Shown one piece after another: positions 34,776 to 48,625 of a stretch of DNA of 64,000 nucleotides. The DNA is taken from NCBI GenBank assembly GCA_039621445.1, contig CP154954.1:34829703-34893702 (forward strand), read 5' to 3'. The DNA comes from Euglena gracilis. Its lineage: Eukaryota. The notes beneath the pieces were generated by a model. It was not told the origin of the DNA. It saw only the letters and a list, made by a program, of their open reading frames with translations, and ran no database searches. The first letter of the stretch is position 1, and every line of letters begins with the position of its first letter. Position numbers and translations under genes: made by a program.

Positions 34776-35106
34776 TGGTAAAGGGGTCGTAACCCAAAAA
34801 TTGGCCAAATTTTGCCTGAGTGGGGCCGAAAATCACTGAAATACCATCATTTTGGTTTTCAGTCGAATTTAACCTAGGGAAAAGATTATTGTGGTTCTGC
34901 TTGAAGGCTTGAACTCAGTTTTTGACCTTGCAGGGCCGATTCTTTGCATTTTTCAAGACAGGTTGACCAATTTTACACAGTAGGATTTGCCATATTTCCG
35001 TAATTAGCCTAAGAAAGCCCCCACTCGTACCCACCAATTTCACACCAAATCTCATACACAGGGTTCTTTACCAACCCAATGCACTGGTACAAGACTACAA
35101 AAAAAA

Positions 35107-35310
35107 TCAATTGATTGTGCATGCAAGATCTATGTTATAGCGCTTGTTCCACAGCTTCCAATCCTGCTGGATATATCCAACAAAAGTTGATGCTGGCTCC
35201 CAAGTGTCCTCCTCTGGCCCATACCCTTTCCAGCGAACCTTCCAGTAGTGCACACCCCTGTCGACCTTGTGGTCTTTTATCTTGTCGACCACAAAGTAGT
35301 TCGTTTCAGG
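35107..35310 (-). CDS. Chromodomain at the integrase C-terminus
   Basis: YFVVDKIKDHK..YWKVRWKGYGPEEDTWEP. Confidence 0.92.
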   Translation of the reverse strand, partial: PETNYFVVDKIKDHKVDRGVHYWKVRWKGYGPEEDTWEPASTFVGYIQQDWKLWNKRYNIDLACTIN

Positions 35311-35336
35311 TAATCTGGAACGGGGCTTGAAATATA

Positions 35337-35687
35337 GGGGGTGTTCCCCCCGTGACCTCCCCGTGACCCCCCCGTGACCCTCCCGTGACCAGAACAAGGA
35401 CCCTTTTCGACGAAATTTTGTAGAAAATTTTGGCCGGTGATGACTAATTTGATAAAATTCTCAAGCAGATTCCTAATCCTGTGGCTTAAATTTTTCAAAT
35501 TTTGGCTTGGTGATTCCTAATTTGGTGACAAAATCCTAATTTTGGGTGTGGGGATTCCTAATTTGTGGAAATTTTTCCCAAAAATTAAGGCTCGGTGATT
35601 CCTAATTTTGCTACCAAAAACGTGGCGTTCTCCCCGTGACCCCCTTCGTGACCCCCCCCGTGACCCCCCGTGACCCGAACCACCCCC
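35337..35687. mobile_element. MITE inserted between integrase and chromodomain
   Basis: Ends GGGGGTGTTC / GAACCACCCCC; CCCCGTGACC and ATTCCTAAT internal repeats; interrupts AIPC|YFKP. Confidence 0.6.
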
Positions 35688-35689
35688 AT

Positions 35690-37480
35690 GGACAGGGGAT
35701 AGCTTTTCAGTCTGGGGGGCTTAGGTACGGTTTGAAGCCGTCCATATGGACGTCCTCAATCCCGTTGGGCAAGGCAACTTTATGTCGCCCGCTACTACCT
35801 AACCTCTCCAAAATTTTGCATGCGCCGAGCCAAAGAAGATCCGGCTTGGAAATTTGCTTTCGGGTGTGGTTATTCCGTACTCACACGTGGTGACCTGGAA
35901 TATACACAGGTGTGTTGTAGTTTTGTAAGAACGCTTTCCGTTGGTTGGAATTAATTTCTGTGATACGTGATTGGAGTGCATAGCGGAGTGATTCCACTTC
36001 TGCAAACCACGTTTCAAAGCCGACACTGCTTCGGGCGGGTCTGTTCGAGGGTATATCCCCTGTGGCCGGAGGGTCTCGTCCGAAAACAATTTTGTACGGT
36101 GAGTGTGGTAATACCAACCCTGGCAAGGTATTGATGTGAAATAAACACCAATGAAGAACGGATAACCAATTCTTACCCCAGTCAGTCAGTGAAATTGCGA
36201 AGCATATTCACAACGTATTTCACGGCTGCCTCGGCTCTACCATTGCCTTTCGGGCGTTATATAATGAAACAAAAATGCTGCTCAATGCCGAGTAAACCGC
36301 ACAAAGTTGTGAAAAACCACCAAGAGATCAAGTGATCTTGATCACTCAGGATTTCGTTCGGTAAACCCATTAAGCATATACATTTCTCCAGGAATATGGA
36401 TGCCAAAATTTGTGCTGTCAACCCTGCCTTCCGGCATGGAATGGCTACTATGTACCAACTCAGCCGACAGACGACAACAAAAACGTAATCGTAAATTTTT
36501 TCGTCTTGTCCTTTGCAAGGTTCATGTTCGAGAAAATCCATTCAGATGGACGTAAAAATGTCTGGTGGTACGGGTTCTAATACCAACCCCTGGCAGTATT
36601 GAGTGAAAAAACACCATGAAACAAAAAAAACGGAAAAAAAAAAAAAAAACATTAAAATGTCAAAAAAAATTAAAAAAACAAACACGAAAAACACAATTCC
36701 ACGCTGCCTTACACACTCTTCAAACCAATATAATGAAACAAAAAGCTGCCACATAAAAAAAAAACAAAGTTGTGAAAAACCACCAAGAAAAAATGATCGC
36801 GTTATCTAAAAACCAAAAAAAAATCCACAATATGGAAAAACCAAAAAAAAACTAACGCACAAAAGGAAAAAAAAAAAAAACAAAAAAAAAAAAAAAAAAA
36901 AAAAACAAAACAAAAAAAACCAAACAAAAAAAACAAAAGAAAAAAACTTTAAAATAAAAAAAAAAAAACAAAACCACAAAAAAAAAAAAAAACAAAAAAT
37001 CTTTTTCACCTAACCCACAAGAAACCAAAACCCTAAACAACCAAAAAAAAAAAAACCCACCGACAAAAACTCAAAAAATAAACACCAAAAAACATCGCAC
37101 ACCTACAAAAAAACCACCTCAGCAGAAAACCAACACAAAAAACAAAAAACAAAAAGTAAACCTCGCGTCCCCAGATCACCACAAAACAAAAATCGTAAAT
37201 CTTAAAGCACAGGGAAAAAAACTCCAAAAAAAAAGTCCATCGTACCAGGGGGGGTACGTCTGTGTGGTTTCGCAGCCTGACAAAATTGGCACCGTTGGGA
37301 AATTCGCAAACGGCGCGAATATAAATCTTTTTCACTCAGTGTTGTGCAATATCTGCGACCCACTAGTGAAAGAAATTCTGCGGCCCCAGGGTGACCTGGG
37401 TAAACAATATTTATAACCAGAAGCATTCCGGAAAATAAGTCACAATGGTGATGGAGAGTAATTCTCTCTGCATTCACCAT
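35690..37480 (-). pseudogene. Integrase (zinc finger HPG..CQFCQ; core MDF, SDQD), with an A-rich garbled duplicate at 36575-37235
   Basis: GHPG, CQFCQAAKP, MDFLE, VVCRLS, ILSDQDH, GKAE, SPYKIVFGRD. Confidence 0.85.
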
Positions 37481-37779
37481 TACGAAGTCTATTCGCAATG
37501 GTACTATATATTAGGTCACGCGAAAAATCACATTCACGTAAAAGTAGGGAGGTAGGAGTTTCCGTACGCGTAGTGAGACGGGGTCTGGCAGTGCGTCCAC
37601 GCCGGCGTCTTTCACACAGTGGTGAAAAGGCGATGATGCGATATCCCCGGGAAATAGGTAGTGAAGCAGGCATGTTGTGCGCAGCGTCGGATCGACGTGC
37701 AAACTCGTCAGCCTCAGTCAGTCGCATCACCCTCATCCGGGTTCCCAAGATAATACCAGGGGGCTCGGCTGAGAGGATC

Positions 37780-39150
37780 CGCAACGTTTTGCGTGTGACC
37801 TGTGGCATAGATAACCACCAGGTTAAACTGGCTCAAGAACTCATGCCATCGGCATCTTCTGCCAACTGATGACATGGCCTTGTTCAGGTCCTCGGTATAT
37901 CAGTGTTGAAGGCTCTCATGATCCGTCAACACGAGTATCTGGACCAAGCTGCCTGGCTATCCAGCTGCGGAATTGCTGTGGAATAAGCACAATGGGATAT
38001 GTCTCCTTTTCGCGAACGCTCCATTTAACCTGTCCTTACCCGTTGTCGCCCTGTAGCTTCCTGTTGAAGAAAGCCACAGGTCGGAGTTCATTCGCCGCAT
38101 TATGCTAGCTAAGAACCCCGTCAAGGGCGTAATCGCTGCTGTCGACTATCAGGACACATGGTTTGTATGAATCCGCGATATCGAGAACCACGTCCTCGAG
38201 GAGCAAGTCCTTGATTTTATTCACGGACTCACACATTTGCATTATCAGGTGTCCGATTTTTGAGTTGTCGGGTTAATGGTACCGCGATTGTTTGCCAAAT
38301 CTTTCATGTAATTCGGGTAATATTGAGCTAATCACCAAAATCCTTTTAAGTGCGTTAAGGTCTTAATGACCTCAGGAGTCCATTTCTTAATGGCCTCCAT
38401 ATTGCTGGGTGCGGCTTTACACTGCCAGTTGCTCAGGATGTGCCCGCAAAACTTAATAAATTCGCGAAACAGGTGCATTTTGGAACCCTTCACAAAATCA
38501 CATGCTTTTGGAACGCGGATAATAACGCCCGCACATCGCGATAATGCCGTTCAAGGATATCCTTGCCCGATTTCGTTTATGGTGGTTGGGTTCCCACCAG
38601 TGCATCATCGATGTATACCAGAGCAAACGGCAAATCACGCAAAACCCACTGGATCATGCGTTGATACATGACCGGGCCAATCTTCCCATGACTGGGTCCA
38701 TTGGTACACACCCTTGGATGTCACGAATGACGTGTACGTTGCGAATCAGGATGCAAATGCATCTGATGGACACCGTCTTCCAGAAAAAAGATTGACCACA
38801 ACCGGTTATCCGATCGTTTAGTGATCAAATCCTCGATCAGCGGTAACGGGAGGGTGTCATCCTTCATTTGGGAGTTCAGGTACCGGTAATCCAGCACCAG
38901 TCTCCACTTCTTCTGACCAGACTGGTCAGCGGGTTTGGGCACCACAAAACCTTGTGATGTCCACTCGTTCCTGGAAGGGATAATCCATTTCCGCTAGATG
39001 AGCTTCTCAATCATCTCGTTGGGAGCTTGTTCGCGTTCACACAAAAAACGGAATATTTTCGGGTGCATGAGCTTAGCGCCTTCCTTGAGCTCGATTTTGC
39101 AAACACCGAACGCCCGCCAGTCGCGGGGTCGATGTCGCAGGCGTAAACTG
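37780..39150 (-). pseudogene. Reverse transcriptase plus RNase H
   Basis: KWRLVLDYRYLN, LPLIEDL, VYIDD (~38605-38617), VDSSDYA, REKETY. Confidence 0.88.
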
Positions 39151-39363
39151 GGTTATCCAGTACATCATGGAATTCGCGAGTGATTCGTGAACAAATAGTC
39201 ATCTGACTTGGTGTGTTGGTCCGCACTCTTGATAACCGCAGAAATCTGTGTTGAGGGTGTGGCCTCCCCATTGGTACCAAGGCATCATGGCACACGCAAA
39301 ACGGATATTCCGAATGCGACAAAGAAACAAACGTGAAAAATGTATTCTTTAACAGCTGTAATA

Positions 39364-39730
39364 CTATACTGCAAAAATCCTCGAATAGTGGTTCATCAGA
39401 GGGTTAATCCCACCAATGAAAACACACACATACAATAGCTGCTGAACCCAATCCGCATTCGGATTGACGGGTATGATGAGAGCTCCTCGCGCTTCATCGC
39501 GGAGGATTTTCTGCACCCCATCCGGAAGAAGTTTTGGGGTAGGGTGCATCCACAGCACCGTATCACCCCAGAAATTTAGAAACGCGTTGGAATGTCACGA
39601 CCAATATCGCGAGAAGCGCGCATGCGCTTGTGATGAAAACGCATCAATTTCCAGCGACAAATCGAGGGAATCAGCCAACATCGCGATTTTGGAGAACGAT
39701 TCCTCCAAAATACGGTATTGGCCAAAATTA
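39364..39730 (-). pseudogene. Dam-like adenine methyltransferase domain between PR and RT
   Basis: Manual translation QYRILEESF..LEIDAFSSQAHARFSRYWS*HSNAFLNFWGDTVLWMHPTPKLLPDGVQKILRDEARGALIIP..ADW. Confidence 0.72.
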
Positions 39731-40499
39731 AATGCATTCTATACGCGCATCGCGTATCTGTCGACCTGGTTCGCGGGTTGAAGGGCGGAATTGCAATTCA
39801 GGGATCCGCAAACATCAGTCAAGGGTGTGCCATCCACACTCCCAAGGGGCGTTCCCAAGCGTTTATGGGTCGGATGGGTGCATACCCAGTCCTATCATGC
39901 CAGATGGAGGTGGGGGAGGTTACTTGATGTAGGGTCGCGCATTGTGATCAGCAACCAAGTGTATGTAGGTGAAAAATCGGGATAAATGTTGGTGCTTGGA
40001 CTAAACATCCACAATCGAAATCTGGCTGGGGGAAATTCTCCCTGGAAGGAAGTGTCGGAGTAGTGGTCCTGGTCGCGCATGTTTGTCTCGTGGGGGTGTG
40101 TGTAAAAGCTGGGATGCGCTTTTGTAGCTGCTGGGGGGTGTACAGATGTATCTGAAAGCGGTACATCTGGTGGAAAACGGCGTATTGTTGCAGCTGGGCG
40201 ACTACTCGACACCGTACGTACTTCAGGCCTTTGGGCTGTCGCCTTGTAACCTAGTGGAACGAGGGGGGTGCCGCTACTCATTTGCCCTGCCTCATGGGGA
40301 ACGGAGGTTGGTGTGTCATTGGGCAGGGGGAGAACTTTCTCGGTACACCCAGTTTGGAAAACGTTGGTTGGTGTGGTTGATAACGGGGTAAAATTTTTCG
40401 AAAACGGTGCGGAAAAATTGGTGGTCGTCGTGGTTGACACCACAGGTGATGAAGGTTTTAGGGGCAATGAAGAGAATGGTGATGTGCGCAAACCGTGGG

Positions 40500-43400
40500 A
40501 GTGGCAATCCACTACCAGCCGGTGTTGACGTAAAACGGGAATCCCAGAATGACGTCCGAACCATGCATTCCGGCTTCGTATCCCCAGGTATCCAGAAAAA
40601 TTTGCGGTTGGGAGGGGTGTGAGTGGTGCTTGGGGATGAGGGGTAGGACAATGTCCTAAAAGCATCCTAAGTCACGACCGCACATGAGGGTGTTGTCAGC
40701 CGTCGTAATTTTGATCGGCTTCTTGGCTTTCACGAAGGGGGGGGGGTTGGCATCAACCCGAACCGAAAAAGTAGTGCAATGCGACAACCAGTGTCAATGA
40801 GAATTTTGAATTTTGCACAAAAATTTTGGATTTAGATTTCCGCTTGCACCAAAAGTTTCCATGGAGGGTAAGCAAAGTGAAGGGTCTGGCGAAAATACGG
40901 TTTCTTGCCAACTTTCCCATGAACCGTTTCCTACTTTGCACAACATTCTGAGCGCAAAATTGGAGTGGAGGGTGGGGGACCGACAATTTTCCGGGTACCG
41001 ACCGGAAAGGCAGATGGGCAGGGGGGGGGCAGGGTTGATCAGGTCCTACCTCCATCTTTTCATCAGCCCAGAGGTCCGTGCCCTCGGACCTCGGGCTCCC
41101 CTACTCCAGGTCCGAACCGGCCGAATAGCCGGCTATTGGCGTTTTAGAGGTATAAATGGACTTCAACGTGCGCAACGCCCTGCAGGCCTCGTCGAAATCG
41201 GTATCCGTGGTCTCGTCCCCCATCCTGCCCGAAGCTGGGGTGTCATCGTCCAAACAAGATATCTTGAAACCGACTTTATGGCGGTTGGAGGAGTGACCCT
41301 TGTCACCGCGATTCATACCGCGATGACGTTGGCCAGCGCCGGGAGAATGTAAAATTTGGATGAGTGGTGGTCACTCGATCCACAAAGCGAACACTGAGCT
41401 TTGTGTCGCCATTCCGGGTAACGGGGGATCGGTTTCCTGATTTCCCGTCAAACCGTCGTGGTGAGCGGGCATCACGTCGAACATGACCGGTGTGTCGGGG
41501 TTTTCCGGATGAGGATCGCGAAGAGGATGATCCGCTTCGCGAACCCGATTGCGCTGTCTCGCGATAAGAATCACGGTTCTTGGCCGGGGCACCAGGTGAC
41601 CTACCCCGGGGGGTACCGTGTTTCCGCTCATCGCGGAACGGGATCCGGGGGATAATACCACCGGAACGGGGACCCGATGACCGTGAATTGCCCGATTGGC
41701 GTAAAAATGCGGAAGAACCCAAACCTCGTGATAAGGTCGAGCCTCGCGGACTCTGAATACTCTTTCGGGCATCAGGATTAGGACGTTCCCGAGACATATG
41801 TCGCGCTTTGTTGCACAAAAAGCACACTTTATCCGTGGTTTGGTCCGAAGTTGGCAGATATCGTGTTTTCGATCCTGTGGTGGGTGAAGTGGGTGAAACC
41901 GGTCATTTTTACAATGCGTTCACCGAACCAGCCGGTAATCCAGCGGTTGGGTGTGCGTTATACGCGGCTTCAATTTGACCGAGAAGCTGTGATACCTTCA
42001 ATTGCTTGGAAACGTAGTTCCAGCGTTGGTCAAGAGTCATTGGATGACTTGCCAACTCCTCACGGTGTATATCCTTGATGAGGCTAGGCGTGAAATGTAT
42101 GAGAACAGCATCAAACTGTTCGCGCATTTGCTTTTCACTGAGTTCATCCACCTCGGTGGCAAGTCCTAACCATTTAGCATTCCAAAGGGTAATGGACTTC
42201 CACTTGCGATGGGGAGCGTTGCCGCCACTTTGTCTCTATGGTAATCCTAGCGACCAAAGGTGAACTGGTGTAAGCGTATTGCCCAACCAGGTCATCAAAG
42301 GAAACGCGGTAGCGAATCACAAGTTGTCGCGCGCGCTGCTTATCATCCCTTGGGAGGCAATTGATGAGTCCCATCTTTATCCCCTCCGGGTTTGTGCCTT
42401 AGGTTGGCCCTTTCAATGCCCAGTAGTATTCCCAGTCCCGGAAAAAGTGTCTCCATGTGGTTTGATCACCGTGCCTTTAGGGTTTCACCTTTTCGCGATT
42501 GCGATGGTGCCCTTGAAGTCTTTCGGAGGAACCCATTGACCCTCAGTGGTATTCCGCGGTTTTGGGCCTGGGTCCGCTCGAGAACTAAGCATATCCTTTC
42601 CAGATTTTTGTCGGAATCACGAAATTTCTCGCGAAGGGGAACCCTGGTACCGAAAACGTGGTCGCAAACCCTGTTGGTCACCCGTAATATGGGGACTCTC
42701 GGGTGTAGGGGTATGTCGCGCCTGCAACATGTGGTCCTCTCCTGGTGTACGGGTTTGCTCCTTTCACGCACAAGCATGGAATGGTGAATTTCTTGGTTGA
42801 GACTTGGCGGAATCGCCGTGGTTTCCGAAAATTCGGTTCCCGTAATGGGAACTTCGTCGGAAAACTGGGTTTGGTTTGAGGACAGGGTCAATGGTGGCAC
42901 AATTCGCGGAGTCGCGGGTTGTGACACTCAGGACACGGGTGGTGATGGTGCATGTGCACCCAGATTAGTGTTGTGGAAACACAAATCTGGAGTATTTGGC
43001 GCATCTTCGGCAATGCATACTGCCGAATTGCGGTGTGAAACCCGCTGTTGGTTGGACACATTATCCAACCCCACAGACAAGTCATGCAAACTTTGCTCCA
43101 AATGCTCAACGAGTTGAAGTTGGCCGCAAATACGGTCAACGTCATCCTTCAAAGCGCGAATACGCTTGCGGTAACGCAAAAAACCATCCAAGTGCGGATT
43201 GTTTTCGGGAATTACGGTGACATCTTGGACAAGTTTCCTGTGAGATTAATCCAATAATTGGAGTTGTCCCGTTAATGCTTTTACAGCTTTTGAGAGAATC
43301 TGCAAAGGTGTTTGCCCCTTGGTTGGTGTGGTGTTGGCTGCAACCGGTGCGGGGTTATCCGACAACGCGGTTGTGGTACCCACGGTCAAATTTGCGGGTT

Positions 43401-45040
43401 GTGGGTTATCCAACAACGCAGAAATTCGCTCGTCCAACCTGGTAATCTCACCTTGCGTGGATCGGGCATTCCGATTCACCGATTCCTCAAGCCGTAATAG
43501 GCTGTTGCAGAAACCTTGCAAGGTGTCCTGATTGCCACTGAGCATTTTGTTAAAAAATGCTTTGAAATCAGGGTTCTCGGTAATCCGGGAACTGGAACCT
43601 GCAGGTAAAGACTGCATTTCAGTTACTTTGGTAGATACCGATGCGTACCGGGTCTGGAGTTCCACAATAGCAGCCTGAATACCGCTAATGTCCGGAACCC
43701 GGTGGGAAAGTGCGGAATAGATTTGTTGCAAACTAGCAAATGGCCGAGTTAATCCCGCCAGTGTCGGATCGCAGCTGCAACTGCAGGGAATCCTGCCGTT
43801 GTGCTACTTCCGCGACTTTCGCGTTCAGAGAGGATAATCCAACCTGATTTGTGTCACAAAAGCAGGTTTTCTGCTCCAAACGGGAAAGTCGCTCCTCCAA
43901 CTGCCGCACTGGATAAACTTCTCGTTGGCTTGTGAGTGGATTTGCCGAAACTTTTCTGTTTCATCACACAATTGCGTAATGCGGTGTTGCGATTCATGGA
44001 AAGTTGCGGACAGGGTGGTGAAGTGCTCCATAGACACAAATCCACCAGCACCGGATGTTGCAGACGAGGAATCCCGTGCATGCAACTGTTGTTGAAAGTG
44101 CAACAGCGCGGATGAACAGGACTCCATTTGTCCCAATAACTGTCGTAGTGAGTCATGCAAGTGCAGAAACGTGGTGTCATTCCGCGTTTCCGCTTCGTGC
44201 ATGCATTCACTAATTTGCTGGAAGTTTTGTGGGAGCTGTTGGCACATTTTGTCGAAGGTTCCCCAAAAGTTTTCAAGGTCAATACCCGCACTTTCGAAAT
44301 TCCTCTGACAATATTTGCCAACTTCCTGCAAGTAATTCCAGCAGTATTCCAGCTTGGTGAAGTCATGTTTTGGTTGTACGCATCAAACTGAAGCACTTTG
44401 TTCTGTGCGGTTGCAAAATGTGCAGCGAATTCTTTCACATGGTTGAACTGCCTCACAAGGGGGTGACCCCCTGGAAGCACATCCTCAGCAGTGAGTAGCT
44501 CCCCCGTGCCCTCCACATAACCATCCATGGGTTGGGACATACCGGAGAATTCCGGAACCAATAGGCGTGTCTCCGGCTGCCAACTTAATGCGGGATAGCA
44601 CCCGAGATCGGGTGGTGGTGGCAAAGCTCTGTAAGGGCTTGCTGGTGGAAGAGCGGGTGGTGGTTGAAAAAAATCACGGGGCTTCTAGCCCACCATCACC
44701 AGAGAAGCCCGGTGGCGGAATTACCACCGGTCTGTCCGGTGTGCACAACTGCGCCATTTCCGTATACAGAGGCGAATCCCCCCGTTGTGGCAAGATGAGT
44801 GCGGAGAAGGCCTTATTAGCCTCTGAAGCCAATGATGCGGAGGGCTCATCGCCGACCACTGTCAATGATGACAAGAGCTACAGTTTTGACAATCGAACAA
44901 ATTGTGCCTCATTGGCGTGGGAACTGGAAGCACTTTCACATAAAAGCTTCCAAATCCCCTGTTTCTTGGTCAATGTCTTGAAATGATGCCTGTAATATGG
45001 CATAGTTGAATTAATGCTTGGGGCCAGTGCTTTGCGTCTT
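40500..45040 (-). pseudogene. gag: Decayed gag, NC and protease of copy 2
   Basis: Collinear with 14300-18880, with many frameshifts. Confidence 0.88.
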
Positions 45041-45315
45041 TCTGATACCAAAAACAGCAAAAACCCACAAAACTAATTAATTGTGCTAGCACCAGAGGGG
45101 ATATAACGTGTAGTACCGTACGGAGCCTTCCGGAGCCTGCTCGTCCGCTTAGACGTTGACTAGAAGCCAGGAGCTTACGCTGTGACCGTGCAATAACGGC
45201 GTGGGGGCCCTCCCTGCGAGTCAGCGTAGGATCGAACCAATCTGCCACCAAATGAAATACCTGGTAGCCTTTCTTTCTGTGAAGTATGTGTAGGATCGTA
45301 ACCAATCTGCTACCA

Positions 45316-45631
45316 AGTGTACGTCTGATTCCAAATTCCCCTTTCCGAATTCCTAAAAAAGCCTTCGCTTTCGCCTTGGCGCACCTATTTGGGAACTGAA
45401 AATCAGAGTAACGGAAAAACCCGTTTCCCACTTCCAAAGAAGCAAAGCACGGAGCAATGCAGGGAGGACGGACTGGATATCCAAGTCCGGTCCGTAGAAA
45501 AGGAAGGAAACAAGAATGTAAATAATTCAACATGGGAGAGAGAAGGGGCATCCATTGGGAAATCCTAAAAGGATCTGCTTCCATCCTAACTTCCTTAACG
45601 GAAGTGGACAGAAGCATACGCCTGGCACGCA
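45316..45631 (-). repeat. Family C 5' LTR (copy 2)
   Basis: Homologous to 19155-19472; abuts the satellite. Confidence 0.88.
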
Positions 45632-48625
45632 GTGCCCTGGCTTTGGAGGCGTCCTGTAACACCCACTTGGTTACTCGGAGTAAGGCCCATTTTGGACCAT
45701 TTTTTATATTGTAACCTGGGCAGACCAGGTAAATGTCCACCGAAATGGTCAAATGCACCCATCCAAATGTGCTCATTTCTTGCAACCAACACTCCCGCTG
45801 CATGTTTTTCTTACCATTAAAAAACGACAATCATGAAACCCACGGGTGCCCTGGCTTTGAAGGCCTCCTAGAACACCCATTCGGTTACTCGGAGTAAGGC
45901 CCATTTCGGTGCATTTTTTTTTACATCGTAACCTGGGCAGACCAGTTAAATGTCCGTCGAAATGGTCAAATGGTCCCATCTAGATGTGCTCATTTCTTGC
46001 AACCAACCTTCTGGCTGCATTTTTCTTCACCATTCAACCACGATAATCATGAAAGCCACGGGTGCCCTGGCTTTGGAGGCTTCCTGGAACACCGATTTGG
46101 TTACTCGGAGTAAGGCCCATTTTTGACAACATTTTACATGGTAACCCGGGCAGAGCAGGAAAATGTCCACCGAAATGATCGAATTGCACCAATCTAGGTG
46201 TGCTCTTTTCTTGCATCCAACTTTCCGGCTGCATGTTTTTCTTACCATTAAACCACGATAATCAAGAAACCATCGTGTGCCCTGGGTTTGGAGGCCTCCT
46301 GTAAAACCCGTTCGGTTACTCGGAGTAAGGCCCATTTTGCACCACTTTTTACATGGTAATCTGGGCAGACCAGGTAATTGTCCACCGAAATGGTCGAATG
46401 CCACCATCTAGATGTGCTCAATTCTTGCAACCAACATTCCCGCTGCATGAATTTTTTACCATTAAACCTCAATAATCATGAAACCCACGGGTGCCGTGGC
46501 TTTGGAGGTCTCCTGGAACACCCATTCGGTTGCTCGTAGTAAGGCCCATTTTGGACCCTTTTTTACATGGTAACCTCTGCAGACGAGGTAAATGTCCACC
46601 GAAATGGTCGAATGCACCCATCTAGAGGTGCTCATTTTGTTGCAACCAACCTTTCCGCTGCATGTTTTTCTTACCATTAAACCACGATAGTCATGAAACC
46701 CACGGCTGCCCTGGCTTTGGAGGCCTGATGGAACACCCATTCGGTTACTCCGAGTTAGGCCCATTCTGGACCACTTTTTACATGGTAACCCGGGCAGACC
46801 AGGTAAATGTCCACCGAAATGGTCGAATGCACCCATCTAAATGTGCTCATTTCTTGCAAACAACCTTCCCGCTGCATGTTTTTCTTACCATCAAACCAGG
46901 ATAGTTTGAAACTCATGGGTGCCCTGGCTTTGGAGGCCTCCTGGAACACCCATTCGGTTACTCAGAGTTAGGCCCAGTTGGCACCACTTTTTACGTGGTA
47001 ACTCGCGCAGACCAGGTAACTGTCCACCGAAATGGTCGAATGCACCCATCTAGATGTGCTCATTTCTTGCAACCAACATTCCCGCTGCATGTTTTTCTTA
47101 CCATCAAAACCACGATAATCATGGAAACCACGGGTGGCTTTGGAGGCCTCCTGTAACACCAATTAGGTTACTCGGAGAAAGGTCCATTTTGGACCAGTTT
47201 TTTCATGGTAACACGGGCAGACCAGGAAAATGTCCACCGAAATAGTCGAATTCACCCATCTAGATGTGCTCTCTTCTTGCAACCAACCTTCCCGCTGCAT
47301 GTTGTTTTGCCATTAAACCACGATAATCATGAAACCCACAGGTTCCCTGTCTTTGGAGGCCAACCAACCTTCCCGCCGCGTGTATTAATTGCCATTAAAC
47401 CACGATATTTATGAAAACCACGGGTTCCCTGGCTTTGGAGGCCTCCTGGAACACCCATTCGGTTACTCGGAGTTAGGCCCGTTTGGGACCACTTTTCACT
47501 TGGTAACCCGGGCAGACCAGGTAAATGTCCACCGAAATGGTCAAATGCACCCATCTAGATGTGCTCATTTCTTGCAATCAACCTTCCCGCTGCATGTTTT
47601 TTCTTACCATCAAACCACGATAATTCTGGAACTCATTGGTTCCCTGGCTTTGGAAGCCTCCTGGAACACCCTTTCGGTTACTCAGAGTTAGGCCCATTTG
47701 GGACCACTTTTTACATGGTAATCTGGGCGGACCAGGTAAATGTCCACCGAAATGGTCGAATGCACCCATCTAGATGTGCTCTTTTCTTGCAACCAACACT
47801 CCCGCTGCCTGATTTTCTTACCATTAAACTAAGATAATCATGAAACCCACGGGTAACCTGGCTTTGGAGGCCTCCTGTAACACCCATTCGGTTACTGGGG
47901 GTTAAGGCCTATTTGGGACCACTTTTTATGTGGTAACCTGCGATGACCAGGTAAATGTCCACCCAAATGGTCGAATGCACCCATTTGGATGTGCTCATTT
48001 ATTGCAAGTAATATTCCTGCTGCATGATTTTCTTACCACTAAACCACCATAGTCATGAAACCCACGGTTGCCCTTGCTTTGGAGGCCTCATGGAACACCC
48101 GTTCGGTTACTCGGAGTAAGGGCCAATTTGGTCCATTTTTACATGGTAACCTGGGCAGACCAGGTAAATGTCTACCGGAAGTGGTCGAATGAACCCACCT
48201 TGATGTGCTCATTTCTTGCAACCAACCTTCCGGCTGCATGTTTTTCTTCCATTAAACCACTATAATCATGAAACTCATGGGTGCCCTGGATTTGGAGGCT
48301 TCCTGGAACGCCCATTCGGTCACTCAGAGTTAGGCCCATTTGGGACCACTTTTTACGTGGTAACCTGGGCAGACCAGGTAAATGTCCGCCGAAATGATCG
48401 AATTCACCCATCTAGATGTGCTCATTTCTTGCAACCAACCTTCCCGCTGCACGTTTTTCTTACCATTAAACCACGATAATCATGAAACCCACGGGTCCGC
48501 TGGATTTAGAGGCCTCCTGGATCACCCATTCGGTTACTCAGAGTAAGGCCCATTTTGGACCACTTTTTACAGGGTAACCTGGGTAGACCAGGTAAATGTC
48601 CCCGGAATGGTCGAATGCACCCATC
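45632..48625. repeat. Tandem satellite, ~215-bp unit, ~14 copies
   Basis: GTGCCCTGGCTTTGGAGGC recurs at ~45632, 45846, 46062, 46277, 46491, 46706, 46919 ... 48494; one short unit near 47341-47424. Confidence 0.95.

Larger units (their letters stand above)
34776..45631 (-). mobile_element. Ty3/Gypsy chromovirus family C copy 2 (decayed; gag-PR-MT-RT-RH-IN-CHD; 3' LTR missing)
   Basis: 5' LTR at 45316-45631, PBS at 45306-45315, gag/NC/PR homologous to copy 1, then pol domains. Confidence 0.9.

Noticed and set aside
45632-48625. CRISPR-like array or repeat-protein ORFs
   Set aside because: Whole units repeat with no unique spacers; the ORFs are short and inconsistent; the context is eukaryotic.
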